Below, piece by piece: positions 8,192 to 17,787 of a DNA stretch of 64,000 bases (position 1 is its first letter; each line of letters starts with the position of its first letter). A program made the position numbers and the translations under genes. The notes under the pieces were generated by a model that saw only the letters and a program-made list of their open reading frames with translations, was not told the origin of the DNA and ran no database searches. The DNA comes from Candidatus Saccharimonadales bacterium (lineage in GTDB: Bacteria > Patescibacteriota > Saccharimonadia > Saccharimonadales > JAGPDM01), in NCBI GenBank assembly GCA_044227985.1, contig JBGAVT010000001.1, positions 6,216-70,215 on the forward strand, given 5' to 3'.

Positions 8192-9376
8192 TTAGTGTTT
8201 ACAGACTGGGCAAATTTCTTCTTTGGTTAAGCCATAGCGCCAGACACTTACGGCCTTTCTGAGTGGTAAGAATTTTAGATAAAGATGTAAATCCGCTGCT
8301 CGCCGCAACACCCAGCCCAAGCGACCAAATATCATAGTCTCGCCCCAAAGAACTGCCGCCCAATGAGCCCCAACTGGTACAGCATAGATTGGTTTTTTGG
8401 CTTGAAAACTTAACAATGGTTTACCTTTTTGCTCGCGTATGATATTGCTGGCTACAAATCCAGCATGGTTCAAGGCAGTTTGAGCCATGCCACTATATTC
8501 AGTATCAGCAGCATCACCAACTACATAAATATGCGGAGCGCCTTCTAAGCGATTGTTTACAGTAACTCGTTTAAGTTTTCCCAAACCAAAAATATCCTTA
8601 TGTTGAATGAGAAAATGATTATTCTGGGCTCCTGCCGTCCATACTACTGTATGCGTTTTGATGTTCTTATTAGGCAATTGAATCTCCTCTGCAGTTTTGG
8701 ACTTAACCGCAGTATTGAGTAGAATTTTAACGCCAATTTCTTTTAATCGTTTTTCGACTTTTTGAGAAAATTTTTCTGGTAAATTCCCCAGAACCCGACT
8801 TCCAGCTTCAACTAAATAAATCGAATAGCTCATGTTTTTTAAACCATGCATTTTACGAATTTTTTCCAAATAGTAGACCATCTCAGCCGATAGCTCAACG
8901 CCAGTTGCGCCAGCGCCAACAACTACATAGGCTGCTTCCTTGTATTGACCAGCTAAGTGATCGTGGAGGTGTCTTTTCAGACGCAAAGCTTCTTGTATCG
9001 TTTTTACACCTAACGCATGCTCTTCGAGCCCCTCAATACCATAGAATGCTGTGCTATTACCGAGCGCAAGTATCAACTCATCATAATGGTAGTTTGCTCC
9101 CGACTCACCTGCTAAACTTTGGCTCTTTTCGTCAATACCCAGTGCTTTATCTTTTACGACTTCGATGTTCTTAGCATAAGAAAAGAACTCTTCCAACGGA
9201 ATTGCAACTTCCAGTGGAGAGCGTCCAGTGGCTGAACGGTATAGAGCTGCATGATATTCGAAATAGCTCGATGGCGATATCAAAACAACTTTTATGCCCT
9301 TAGTATTAGCTAGTTTAAGAGCTGCGTATACGCCGGCGAAACCTGCGCCAGCGATAACTACTTTTTTTTGGTTCAA
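8192..9376 (-). CDS. ndh: Type II NADH dehydrogenase-family flavoprotein
   Basis: VVIAGAGFAG, VVVGAGATGVE, VWTAG, VVGD, AQTA. Probable TTG start at 9376 overlapping the upstream stop (TTGA) with an AGGAG SD. Confidence 0.8.
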   Translation of the reverse strand: MNQKKVVIAGAGFAGVYAALKLANTKGIKVVLISPSSYFEYHAALYRSATGRSPLEVAIPLEEFFSYAKNIEVVKDKALGIDEKSQSLAGESGANYHYDELILALGNSTAFYGIEGLEEHALGVKTIQEALRLKRHLHDHLAGQYKEAAYVVVGAGATGVELSAEMVYYLEKIRKMHGLKNMSYSIYLVEAGSRVLGNLPEKFSQKVEKRLKEIGVKILLNTAVKSKTAEEIQLPNKNIKTHTVVWTAGAQNNHFLIQHKDIFGLGKLKRVTVNNRLEGAPHIYVVGDAADTEYSGMAQTALNHAGFVASNIIREQKGKPLLSFQAKKPIYAVPVGAHWAAVLWGETMIFGRLGWVLRRAADLHLYLKFLPLRKAVSVWRYGLTKEEICPVCKH

Positions 9377-11031
9377 AATTTTCTCCTGATATGATTCTTT
9401 GAATATTCCCAATTAGCATCAGTTTTTTTATGTGGGTTAAAAATATTATTTGGATCAAAGATATACTTAGTTTGCTCGAATAATTTATAAACTTCCTGAC
9501 CGTACATTTTTTCCAAAAATGGACCACGAATCATACCATCATTGTGCTCACCCGAAATAACTCCATCGTAACTTTTGACAAGTTCAATAACCTCTCTGAG
9601 ACATGGCTCTATCTTTTCTCGTTCAGATTCAAGCGATAAATCCATTAAAGGGATGATATGAAAATTTCCATCACCGAGATGTCCAGCAATCGTATATACG
9701 AATTTGTATTTTTTCATAATTGCTTTAATTTTCGGTAGAAAATCTGGTAGATGCTCAGGGGGTACTAATATATCGTCAATGAACGGTGCGGTGTGAAGGT
9801 TCCCTTTGATATTTTTACGTAGTAGATTAAAGCTTTCACGGCGCATTATCCAGAATCTTTCCGCTCTACTCTCAGTATCCGCTTTCTCCGTTGTGATTTT
9901 CCAGCCTTTCGCATCAATCTCTTGTTTCAGATTTTCAACTTTTTGCTTTATAACATCTGGATCGTCGTCGTCAAAGCTAGCCATAAAAATTAAAATTGGT
10001 TTACCACGAAGAAGTATAAATGCATCAGGGATTAGACTAATTGCGAGCTTAAACAAGCCCAACCAACCTAAACTATGACGAAATTTCAGAAAGAAACGAA
10101 AGGCGAACCTTAAAGTATGTTCATCGAATCCCTCAATTGCAGTTGGATTATGTTTTCGCAAGATCTCAATAATTTCTCCTAGGTTATCAGTACTGCGTGC
10201 GTAACCTGCCAACACGCCAGAATGCTTTTTAGCATTAACTAGCCGAAAGGTTGTTTCAGTTATTAGACCAAGGGTACCTTGTGAGCCAACCAGAAGCTGC
10301 GACAAATCGAAAGTCCCAGCTTCTTTATCCCAAATATCCCATAATGTATGGCCAGTAGAATTTTTAGTTACGTTAGGTTTAGCATCTTGTATAAGTTCGT
10401 AGTTTTGATCAAGTAGTTTGTGCATTGCACGATAAATACTACCTTCAAAATCGTCTTGGCTGAGTTTTTCTTTGAGCTCTTGTTCGTTAAGCGCTCTAAA
10501 ACTGTATTCTTTACCATCATGCAGGACTGCTCTTAGGCTAGTTACAAATTTCTCAACTTTTCCGTAAACCAGTGACTTTTCACCACCAGCATCGTTTGCG
10601 ACCATACCACCAATTGCACAGATATCCTTCGAAGCCGGATATGCTGGCATAATTTTATTCTTCTCGAGTGTTACCTTTTCAAAATCACGATACCATACAC
10701 CTGGCTGCGAAGTAATCATATTTCCTGCGACATCGTCCAAATGATTCATATATTTCTCAAAAACAACTATAATTGAGTCATTGATAGATCCACCAGACAT
10801 ATCAGTTCCACCACTTCTGGCCGTGATAGACAAGCTCTTATCTTCTGATTTGTGTGAGTTTACCCAATCCACTATTGCCTCGACATCTTTAGTGTCTTTT
10901 GGATAAACAACTACCTGTGGCTTGATTTCAAATAAACTAGTATCATGCGAATATTTCTCAAGCGTTGCATCATCATTTTTAACATCGCCACTTATAACCG
11001 AAGTTAGGTGCGTAACATCTGTATTATCCAT
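9373..11031 (-). CDS. FAD-linked oxidase (D-lactate dehydrogenase/GlcD family)
   Basis: RSGGTDMSG, GGMVAN, VGSQGTLG, GHLGDGNFH, SGEHNDG and FDPNNIFNP motifs. Confidence 0.88.
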   Translation of the reverse strand: MDNTDVTHLTSVISGDVKNDDATLEKYSHDTSLFEIKPQVVVYPKDTKDVEAIVDWVNSHKSEDKSLSITARSGGTDMSGGSINDSIIVVFEKYMNHLDDVAGNMITSQPGVWYRDFEKVTLEKNKIMPAYPASKDICAIGGMVANDAGGEKSLVYGKVEKFVTSLRAVLHDGKEYSFRALNEQELKEKLSQDDFEGSIYRAMHKLLDQNYELIQDAKPNVTKNSTGHTLWDIWDKEAGTFDLSQLLVGSQGTLGLITETTFRLVNAKKHSGVLAGYARSTDNLGEIIEILRKHNPTAIEGFDEHTLRFAFRFFLKFRHSLGWLGLFKLAISLIPDAFILLRGKPILIFMASFDDDDPDVIKQKVENLKQEIDAKGWKITTEKADTESRAERFWIMRRESFNLLRKNIKGNLHTAPFIDDILVPPEHLPDFLPKIKAIMKKYKFVYTIAGHLGDGNFHIIPLMDLSLESEREKIEPCLREVIELVKSYDGVISGEHNDGMIRGPFLEKMYGQEVYKLFEQTKYIFDPNNIFNPHKKTDANWEYSKNHIRRKF

Positions 11032-11059
11032 TAAAAGTCCTTTTCTTGTAGTCGGATTG

Positions 11060-11596
11060 TTATCTCAAAAAAGGATAATTTTTTACAAGTTTAGTTTGTG
11101 ACCACCACTTTCCTATGCCAAGCTGTTGCTGATCGTTCACCAAAAGAAGTCCTACTAATGCGAAGATATAAACAATATGTTCATCTATAATTGGGTTATT
11201 TTCAGGTAGTAACGTCGATGACCACATCATAAGCATCAGTAATACACCACTGATTGTGGCAATTCTCATACCAATTCCAAGCAGCAGGGCAATCCCAAGT
11301 CCAAGTAGTGCAGCCATAAAAAGTAGATCGATAAACCAATTACCTGCCAAAGACTGATAGAATTCAGCCAACGGACCATCAGTAGCAAACTTGAGAAATC
11401 CTTCTGTTGCAGAGCCCCCTGCGATTACTGACTTCTCGCATGCAACTGCCACTACCCCAGCTTCATCTCGGCAGGTCGAAAATCCAAGGCCAAAATACTT
11501 ATCAAGAAATGCCCACATAAATATAAAACCAAGTGACAGTCGAACCAAAGCCCAAGCATAATTTGCTTTTAGATTACCTTTTATCTTTTTTTTCAT
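11060..11596 (-). CDS. DoxX/DoxD family membrane protein
   Basis: R-x-x-LG-x-IF-x-WAFLDK-x-FG, four TMs, NPIIDEH. Confidence 0.85.
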   Translation of the reverse strand: MKKKIKGNLKANYAWALVRLSLGFIFMWAFLDKYFGLGFSTCRDEAGVVAVACEKSVIAGGSATEGFLKFATDGPLAEFYQSLAGNWFIDLLFMAALLGLGIALLLGIGMRIATISGVLLMLMMWSSTLLPENNPIIDEHIVYIFALVGLLLVNDQQQLGIGKWWSQTKLVKNYPFLR

Positions 11597-11628
11597 ATAA
11601 TTTTTTCCTATTTAACTTGCTAATGCTA

Positions 11629-11671
11629 ATCGTAGCATAATCACACGATGAAAACTGTGACTTTAATCACG
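11629..11671 (-). promoter_or_regulatory. CRP-type binding site and extended -10 promoter for doxX-oxidase-ndh
   Basis: TGTGA-CTTTAA-TCACG at 11656-11671 (9 of 10 CRP consensus positions); TGcTACGAT at 11637-11629; site centre at -41.5 from the predicted +1 (11622). Confidence 0.65.
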
Positions 11672-12319
11672 CTTATTTAATTCGATTTCTAGTTTATCTT
11701 TACTGTAAATATATACGTGATTTTTTTTGATCTCTACCAAGCCTTTATCTTGTAATTCATGAATAATACGACTGGTGGTTTCACGGCTTAGGCCAGCACG
11801 AGCTGCTAATTCTGTTATTGTTAACTCCAAATGCACCCCACCATTGTTTTGGCTGATCCCAAAACGAGCAAGCTGTATTAATAACTCTTGTAGTAGGCGA
11901 GTTTTTCCACTTCCGCCCATAAGTTGGCACATTCTTTCCAGTACCCCATCAGTTCCACGCAATAATCTGCTGATGATGTCTAGTAATACTTCATTATCTG
12001 ATTGTAAGAATTCAAGCACTTCTTCACTATCAGAGATCTTAAGCTGAACGTCACCAACTGCCTGGTAGCAGTATTTATTTGTGGTTTGGTTAAATAGATA
12101 TGATAACGAAAAATAGCTGCCAGGTTTAAAAACATTTGTAACTATTTCACTACCTGACAATGAGATATCGAATTGTCTGACATTGCCAGCTTTAATAAAA
12201 TATATAAATTTAGGCTGTTCGTAGGGCTGTATAATACACTGGCGATTGCTGAAACAAATGGATTTTTTATTGTTAAAAAAAGTACTAATCTTATCCTGCG
12301 CACTCAATAACTGGCTCAT
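11663..12319 (-). CDS. Crp/Fnr family transcriptional regulator
   Basis: cNMP-binding-like N-terminal domain; HTH LTITELAARAGLSRETTSR. Confidence 0.9.
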   Translation of the reverse strand: MSQLLSAQDKISTFFNNKKSICFSNRQCIIQPYEQPKFIYFIKAGNVRQFDISLSGSEIVTNVFKPGSYFSLSYLFNQTTNKYCYQAVGDVQLKISDSEEVLEFLQSDNEVLLDIISRLLRGTDGVLERMCQLMGGSGKTRLLQELLIQLARFGISQNNGGVHLELTITELAARAGLSRETTSRIIHELQDKGLVEIKKNHVYIYSKDKLEIELNKRD

Positions 12320-12360
12320 ACTAACTCAAGTATACTGCTTTCTCCTAGTTAGCAAAAGTT

Positions 12361-13680
12361 CTAACCGAAACGGAATTTTTCGATGTGTATAAGCTGTGAG
12401 CTCACACCAAACTCAATCAATTCTATTTTAAGTTTATCGATCATATCAACTGGACCACAAAGCCAAACCTCTCGCATCTTTAAATCAGCAACATATGTTT
12501 TTAATAAATCACCAGAAATATATTCCCCCTTCTGGACTCCCTTCGGTCGGCTAAGAACTGGTAAGATCTTAGCGTTCGTGTTTTTTAGCTCATCAAGCAG
12601 GACTAAATCTTCATCTGTTTGAGCACCGTAGACTAAGATATCATCGATGGTGCTCCATTCCTGTAGCATGGCATTGATCGGTGTAATACCTATACCTCCT
12701 GCGATGAATAACCTTTTCTTGCTGCTACATGGTTTTTCGAATATACCATATGGACCCTGAATCATTACTCTTGTGCCAGTTTTGACCGATTGAATCCGCA
12801 CTGAACCGTTGCCAATGTTTTTCACAGTGATACGTAGATGTTTATCGCCTGGAGCGCTTGAAATGGTAAATGGATGTGGCTGCCACCATAGTCCTGGTTC
12901 AAAAAAGCGCCACATTGCGAACTGTCCAGCATCATACTTGAAGCTATCTAGATTATCCCCAGCGATATATATAGAACTAACGTTCCCATTCTCTTTTTCT
13001 ATTTTATCGACGCGAAAATTATACTTTCTATATAGAACTGCCGGGATAATATATCGGAACAAAATGATACCCCCAAGAGCAACAATATAAAGACCAATCC
13101 AGGCAAATTTGAAGATCGCGAAACGACCAAGAGCATTACCTGCTTGAACCTGATGAAAAACCGGTAATAGAATTGAAAGGTACGCCAAGAAATGAATCCC
13201 ATGCCACAACTCATACGGCAGTTTTTTTCGGACCATGACGATACTAGTAATTATTACTACCAAAAATGATACCCAAGCCACACCTGCCAATAAGTAATAT
13301 ACCTCGGAAGTGACTAGTGAAAGATACTGTGAAACGAAATTAGTTATTGGACTATCAGCTCGAAGAAGATATCCGAAGACCATCAAAACAATGTGGGCGA
13401 AGATGAAGAAGAATGCAACTTTGCCATTCGCGGCATGAGCACTAGACAATCTGTCCAAACCAAATTTGCTCTCAATGAATTTACCACTACCAATTAAAAA
13501 TAGTTGCGTTAATAGTAGGTAGCTAGCTGTGAATCCACTAAGCGCTGCTAGGGAAATCAATACTTCAGATAGTTGACTTCCACTGAAGCGGAACGAATAT
13601 GTCGCCATCCAGAAGCCAGTAATTACGAGCAAGCTGCAAAGCCACAGCCCATACAGTATGTTTCTTGATATTTTATTCAT
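12361..13680 (-). CDS. Ferric reductase-like transmembrane protein fused to an FAD/NAD(P)H-binding domain
   Basis: Six TMs with heme His pairs (AHAANG...AHIV; IHFLAY...FHQ), HPFTISS, GPYG, AGGIGITP, CGP. Confidence 0.88.
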   Translation of the reverse strand: MNKISRNILYGLWLCSLLVITGFWMATYSFRFSGSQLSEVLISLAALSGFTASYLLLTQLFLIGSGKFIESKFGLDRLSSAHAANGKVAFFFIFAHIVLMVFGYLLRADSPITNFVSQYLSLVTSEVYYLLAGVAWVSFLVVIITSIVMVRKKLPYELWHGIHFLAYLSILLPVFHQVQAGNALGRFAIFKFAWIGLYIVALGGIILFRYIIPAVLYRKYNFRVDKIEKENGNVSSIYIAGDNLDSFKYDAGQFAMWRFFEPGLWWQPHPFTISSAPGDKHLRITVKNIGNGSVRIQSVKTGTRVMIQGPYGIFEKPCSSKKRLFIAGGIGITPINAMLQEWSTIDDILVYGAQTDEDLVLLDELKNTNAKILPVLSRPKGVQKGEYISGDLLKTYVADLKMREVWLCGPVDMIDKLKIELIEFGVSSQLIHIEKFRFG

Positions 13681-13726
13681 CGAAAGTATCCTCGCTATTA
13701 TTTGTTAATGAATCTATACTTACTAA

Positions 13727-14134
13727 ATGCGAAAAACTTATATCGTTGGATTAGTTTTTGTACTTACAATAGCAGTCAGCGGAACTGCATTCTATCTAGG
13801 AAGCCAAAGCTCACCTAACACTCAGACTACAACCAATCAATCACCGAAACAATCATCGAATAAAACTGGAAATAGTCCAACTGACACTAATAAGACTATA
13901 TCACTTAGTGAAATTAAAAATCATGACAACCAAGATGATTGCTGGATGGCTATAAATGGAATTGTTTATAATCCAACTGATTACATAAACCAACATCCTG
14001 GTGGTAATGACATACTAGAGGGTTGTGGCGTCGATGCAACTAAACTTTTCAAAAATCGCTCAGGCGAAGGTCCACACTCATCATTTGCTAATGACTTACT
14101 CGCTGAGTATAAAATAGGTACTTTACAACAGTAA
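13727..14134 (+). CDS. Membrane-anchored cytochrome b5-like heme-binding protein
   Basis: N-terminal TM, S/T/Q linker, DCW-x-x-I-x-G-x-VY, HPGG, G-x-DAT, HS heme ligand. Confidence 0.9.
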   Translation: MRKTYIVGLVFVLTIAVSGTAFYLGSQSSPNTQTTTNQSPKQSSNKTGNSPTDTNKTISLSEIKNHDNQDDCWMAINGIVYNPTDYINQHPGGNDILEGCGVDATKLFKNRSGEGPHSSFANDLLAEYKIGTLQQ

Positions 14135-14154
14135 AGAAGTATAAGACTACTATT

Positions 14155-14577
14155 CTAAAAATTATTACTGAATAAAAAATTTCGCCAATCTTCTACGTTC
14201 TGTTTAATTTTGGCACCAGTTTGAGCGACTCTACCTTTAGGCTCTTCTGTTGCTGTTTCCGGTTTCTGTTGGCTTCGTTTAGGAATAATCAATACGTTTT
14301 CTCCAGGTTTTTTAAGATTCAAACTCTCTCTTGCCTCTTGTTCTAGATAGGTGTCAGTATTTAGATATGTAATCTCATAGCTAAGCTGCTCATTCTCGAG
14401 TGCTAATTGATCAATTTCTTGATTGAGCTCATCAACACGCTGCTGGAATGTATAGTTTTTCTGTACAGCTTGTATGGTATTCCAGCCAAGTAAAGCTGAA
14501 ACGATAAATAGTAAAATAAAGCCGATACCTTGAGCCTGAAATCCCCGTGCAAATATATTTTTTAGTTTATCAATCAC
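14155..14577 (-). CDS. Septum formation initiator (FtsB/DivIC family)
   Basis: TM, coiled coil, then YLEQEARESLNLKKPGE. Confidence 0.85.
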   Translation of the reverse strand: MIDKLKNIFARGFQAQGIGFILLFIVSALLGWNTIQAVQKNYTFQQRVDELNQEIDQLALENEQLSYEITYLNTDTYLEQEARESLNLKKPGENVLIIPKRSQQKPETATEEPKGRVAQTGAKIKQNVEDWRNFLFSNNF

Positions 14578-14702
14578 GACCCTATCATACCTTTTTTTAG
14601 ACTCAGAAAGAATTGATGAATGAATATTTTACGAAATAAACACTAGATAATTCACTTCTGGTATCGACACATTAGAATAAGTATCTATACTAAACATCAC
14701 TG

Positions 14703-15998
14703 ATGACAAATCACAAAATATCACAGATACATGCACGACAAATATTTGACTCTCGAGGTAACCCAACCGTCGAGGCAGAGTTAGTTACTGAGACTGGTTT
14801 TGGTGGACGTGCTGCTGTTCCAAGTGGCGCCAGCACCGGTAGCTTCGAAGCAATTGAGCGACGCGATGGCGGTAAATTATTTGGTGGTAAGTCAGTTCAA
14901 AGCGTAATTACAAGCATAAATGGCGAAATAACTGATGCTTTGATTGGAATAGAAGTTACGGACCAAAGGGCAATCGATAATGCCCTGATTAAACTCGATG
15001 GCACAAAAAACAAGTCAAGACTTGGCGCTAATGCTACACTCGCTGTTTCACTGGCAGCAGCCCATGCAGGTGCTGCCACAGACGGAAGAGCACTATTTGC
15101 ATACCTCGCAGAAGTATCGGGCAACAAGACCGTTCGGATGCCCTTACCGATGGTTAATGTTCTTAATGGCGGAGTACATACAGTTAAGAGCAGCGATATC
15201 CAAGAATTTATGATTGTGCCGATTGGAGCCACAAGCTTTTCGGAAGCGCTTAGGATGTGTGCTGAAGTATTTCAAAGCTTGCGTAAAATCATCATCAAAA
15301 AGGGTAATAGCCCAACTGTTGGTGATGAAGGTGGGTTTGCTCTACCGAATGCTACGACTAAGCAGAATATTGAAATGATTGAACAAGCGTGCGCTAAAGC
15401 TGGCTATAACTTTGGTCTAGAGATTGCGCTGGCATTAGACGTCGCTGCTAGCGAATTATATGATCCAACTTCTAAAAAATATATTTTAGATTCGGAAAAT
15501 AAACGATTCACTAGTGAAGAAATGATTGATTGGTTACAAGAGCTCGTTCGTACGTATCCAATTATCTCGATTGAGGACGGGCTAAATGAGTCAGATTGGC
15601 AAGGGTGGAAGGAACTTCAATTGCAACTTGGTGATGTTTGCCAAATAGTTGGTGATGATATATTCGTTACTAATCCAGAGCTTTTACAGCGAGGAATTGA
15701 CAGTGGTTGCGCTAACTCAATCCTGATTAAACCAAACCAAATCGGTACGCTAACCGAAACAATTGACGCCGTAAAATTAGCTCAAGCCAATGACTGGAGG
15801 GCAATTATCTCTCATAGGAGCGGGGAGACAGAAGACACTACTATTGCTCACCTAGCGGTTGGTTTAAATACTGGACAGATCAAGGCTGGTTCAATGTCGA
15901 GAACTGATCGAACCGCAAAATATAATGAGTTACTTAGAATTGAAGAAATGCTTTCGCCGTATGCAGAATTTGCTGGAGCAAAGGCCATTGTTCGTTAA
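14703..15998 (+). CDS. eno: Enolase
   Basis: DSRGNPTVE, VPSGASTG, GDEGGF, ILIKPNQIGT, SHRSGETED, AKYNELLRIEE. Confidence 0.97.
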   Translation: MTNHKISQIHARQIFDSRGNPTVEAELVTETGFGGRAAVPSGASTGSFEAIERRDGGKLFGGKSVQSVITSINGEITDALIGIEVTDQRAIDNALIKLDGTKNKSRLGANATLAVSLAAAHAGAATDGRALFAYLAEVSGNKTVRMPLPMVNVLNGGVHTVKSSDIQEFMIVPIGATSFSEALRMCAEVFQSLRKIIIKKGNSPTVGDEGGFALPNATTKQNIEMIEQACAKAGYNFGLEIALALDVAASELYDPTSKKYILDSENKRFTSEEMIDWLQELVRTYPIISIEDGLNESDWQGWKELQLQLGDVCQIVGDDIFVTNPELLQRGIDSGCANSILIKPNQIGTLTETIDAVKLAQANDWRAIISHRSGETEDTTIAHLAVGLNTGQIKAGSMSRTDRTAKYNELLRIEEMLSPYAEFAGAKAIVR

Positions 15999-16001
15999 TC
16001 G

Positions 16002-17516
16002 TTATCCGAGAGATTTTCTAATACCTGCAGCCCGCAGGATGTCACCATTGGTATCAGTATTTTCTTCAGAAGTAATTCCATAGTAAATATTAGAGCTAAG
16101 ATTCTTATGAATCATATGGCTTGTTTTATCCGGACCAACTTCAATACCAAGGATTTTTTCAGCTAAAGCAATGTCGTTTTTAATCAGCTTCCAGTCAGAG
16201 TTCTGAGAAATTAAAAGTTCTAAATTATCACGATTTAAATAATGTCCGGCATGGATAATATCACGACGAAGGTTCTTGTAAATATCATCTATCAGCTCAA
16301 GCATTCCATCCTTTTCTGCCTGTTGTAGGGCTCGGCCAAGTCCAATAAATTCGGGTGGCATCCCAATGCTGTATAACGAACCTGTGAACTTTATTGCTCG
16401 GGGCAACGTAACTTTACCCATGCCACGGAAATAACCGCTGAGACCAACGTGCTGGACGCGCTCGCGATGGCTTGGAATCTTGGAAGCAATTTTGTTGATC
16501 AATGGTGCAATTGATTCGACACTGGCTTGATAGAATTTTTTGGCTTTAGCATTAAAAGCTTTTATTCGTTTAGCCTCCTCAAGAGTTATTCTGCGATAAT
16601 CATCTTGTATTTTAGGAATCTCCTCGTTGAGTCGTTTGATGGCTGCAACTACTTGATCTTTGTGGTAATCATAACGGAAAGCACTCTGCACCGTCACCGA
16701 GCTCAAACCTTTATATTCCTCAAGCACGGCATCAATATTCTCAGGATTTATACCACCACGAAATGGCAGACTACCACCGCCAATCCATGGGTGAATGGCA
16801 ATATCATGCTTTTCACCGAAGGCGTGATATGAAGAAATTGCTGACTTTACCGCTAGCATACACGGTAGCAAACCCGCATCCATAGCAGGGTCAGAGCGCG
16901 CAAGAAAAACACGCAGATACTCTGGCTTATGCTTAAACTCTTTTTGTAAGAAAGCTACATATTCTTCAAGAATACTATCAGCTTCCGCCATCGTACCAAC
17001 CTCTTCGAATAATGGAATGATATTCAAGACATTAAAACTCGACTCAGCATCAAACATGTCGTTACTAGCTTTGATTATTTTACTGAATTTCTTCTGAAGA
17101 TAGATTAATTGATCAGCTCGTTTTGTCATCGGTAGTATAACTTCGAAAAGTGGCTTTTCTGACATCTTCATTTGACGAGCTGCATGCTCTGCAGAAATAA
17201 GGTTAATAAATGCACGTGGCAAACGATGCGATGGTTCTTCCCATATATTAGGGATTCGAAAGGTTAGAAATAATTCTTTTCCAAGAGGATGCTTTTTAAA
17301 ATAATCATGATGTTCCTGAAACATACGATCTATGACTGCCTCATCAACGAACTTGCCTTCCCAATCCCACATATATTCGTGAACACCAAGCTCAGAGAAA
17401 CAACGATAACATTCTTCGATTTCTTCACTGGCTGATACAAACGGTGAATTACCAAAATATGGTGCCCGTGAATTGTCCGGATGCTGGGTTGCCATTGTTA
17501 CAGGAATTTTTCGCAT
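16002..17516 (-). CDS. ppcA: Phosphoenolpyruvate carboxylase, archaeal type
   Basis: RKIP-x-TMATQHPDN, MWDWEGK, IPLFE, RVFLARSDPA, GSLPFRG, LPRAIKF; 504 aa. Confidence 0.93.
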   Translation of the reverse strand: MRKIPVTMATQHPDNSRAPYFGNSPFVSASEEIEECYRCFSELGVHEYMWDWEGKFVDEAVIDRMFQEHHDYFKKHPLGKELFLTFRIPNIWEEPSHRLPRAFINLISAEHAARQMKMSEKPLFEVILPMTKRADQLIYLQKKFSKIIKASNDMFDAESSFNVLNIIPLFEEVGTMAEADSILEEYVAFLQKEFKHKPEYLRVFLARSDPAMDAGLLPCMLAVKSAISSYHAFGEKHDIAIHPWIGGGSLPFRGGINPENIDAVLEEYKGLSSVTVQSAFRYDYHKDQVVAAIKRLNEEIPKIQDDYRRITLEEAKRIKAFNAKAKKFYQASVESIAPLINKIASKIPSHRERVQHVGLSGYFRGMGKVTLPRAIKFTGSLYSIGMPPEFIGLGRALQQAEKDGMLELIDDIYKNLRRDIIHAGHYLNRDNLELLISQNSDWKLIKNDIALAEKILGIEVGPDKTSHMIHKNLSSNIYYGITSEENTDTNGDILRAAGIRKSLG

Positions 17517-17642
17517 TACTTCATTATAATCGATTTTTGGAATATAACACTAAATACTAAAATTTCATCCACACAAGCTAATGCAAAAAAAATATTCGGA
17601 CAAACGAGAACCAAATGGTAGGAAAATATACAATTCTAAAGC

Positions 17643-17718
17643 TGGTGGGGGTGGCTGGGTTCGAACCAGCGACCAATCAGTTATGAGCCGACTGCTCTAA
17701 CCACTGAGCTACACCCCC
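17643..17718 (-). tRNA. tRNA with CAT anticodon (elongator Met or Ile2)
   Basis: Reverse complement is GGGGGTGTAGCTCAGTGGTTAGAGCAGTCGGCTCATAACTGATTGGTCGCTGGTTCGAACCCAGCCACCCCCACCA. Met versus Ile2 identity cannot be resolved by eye. Confidence 0.9.
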
Positions 17719-17787
17719 GGAAATTAGCTTTTACAGTGAAAAACTTCTAATATTGTAACTGATTTCAGCAATCACTGCCAGATTGCA

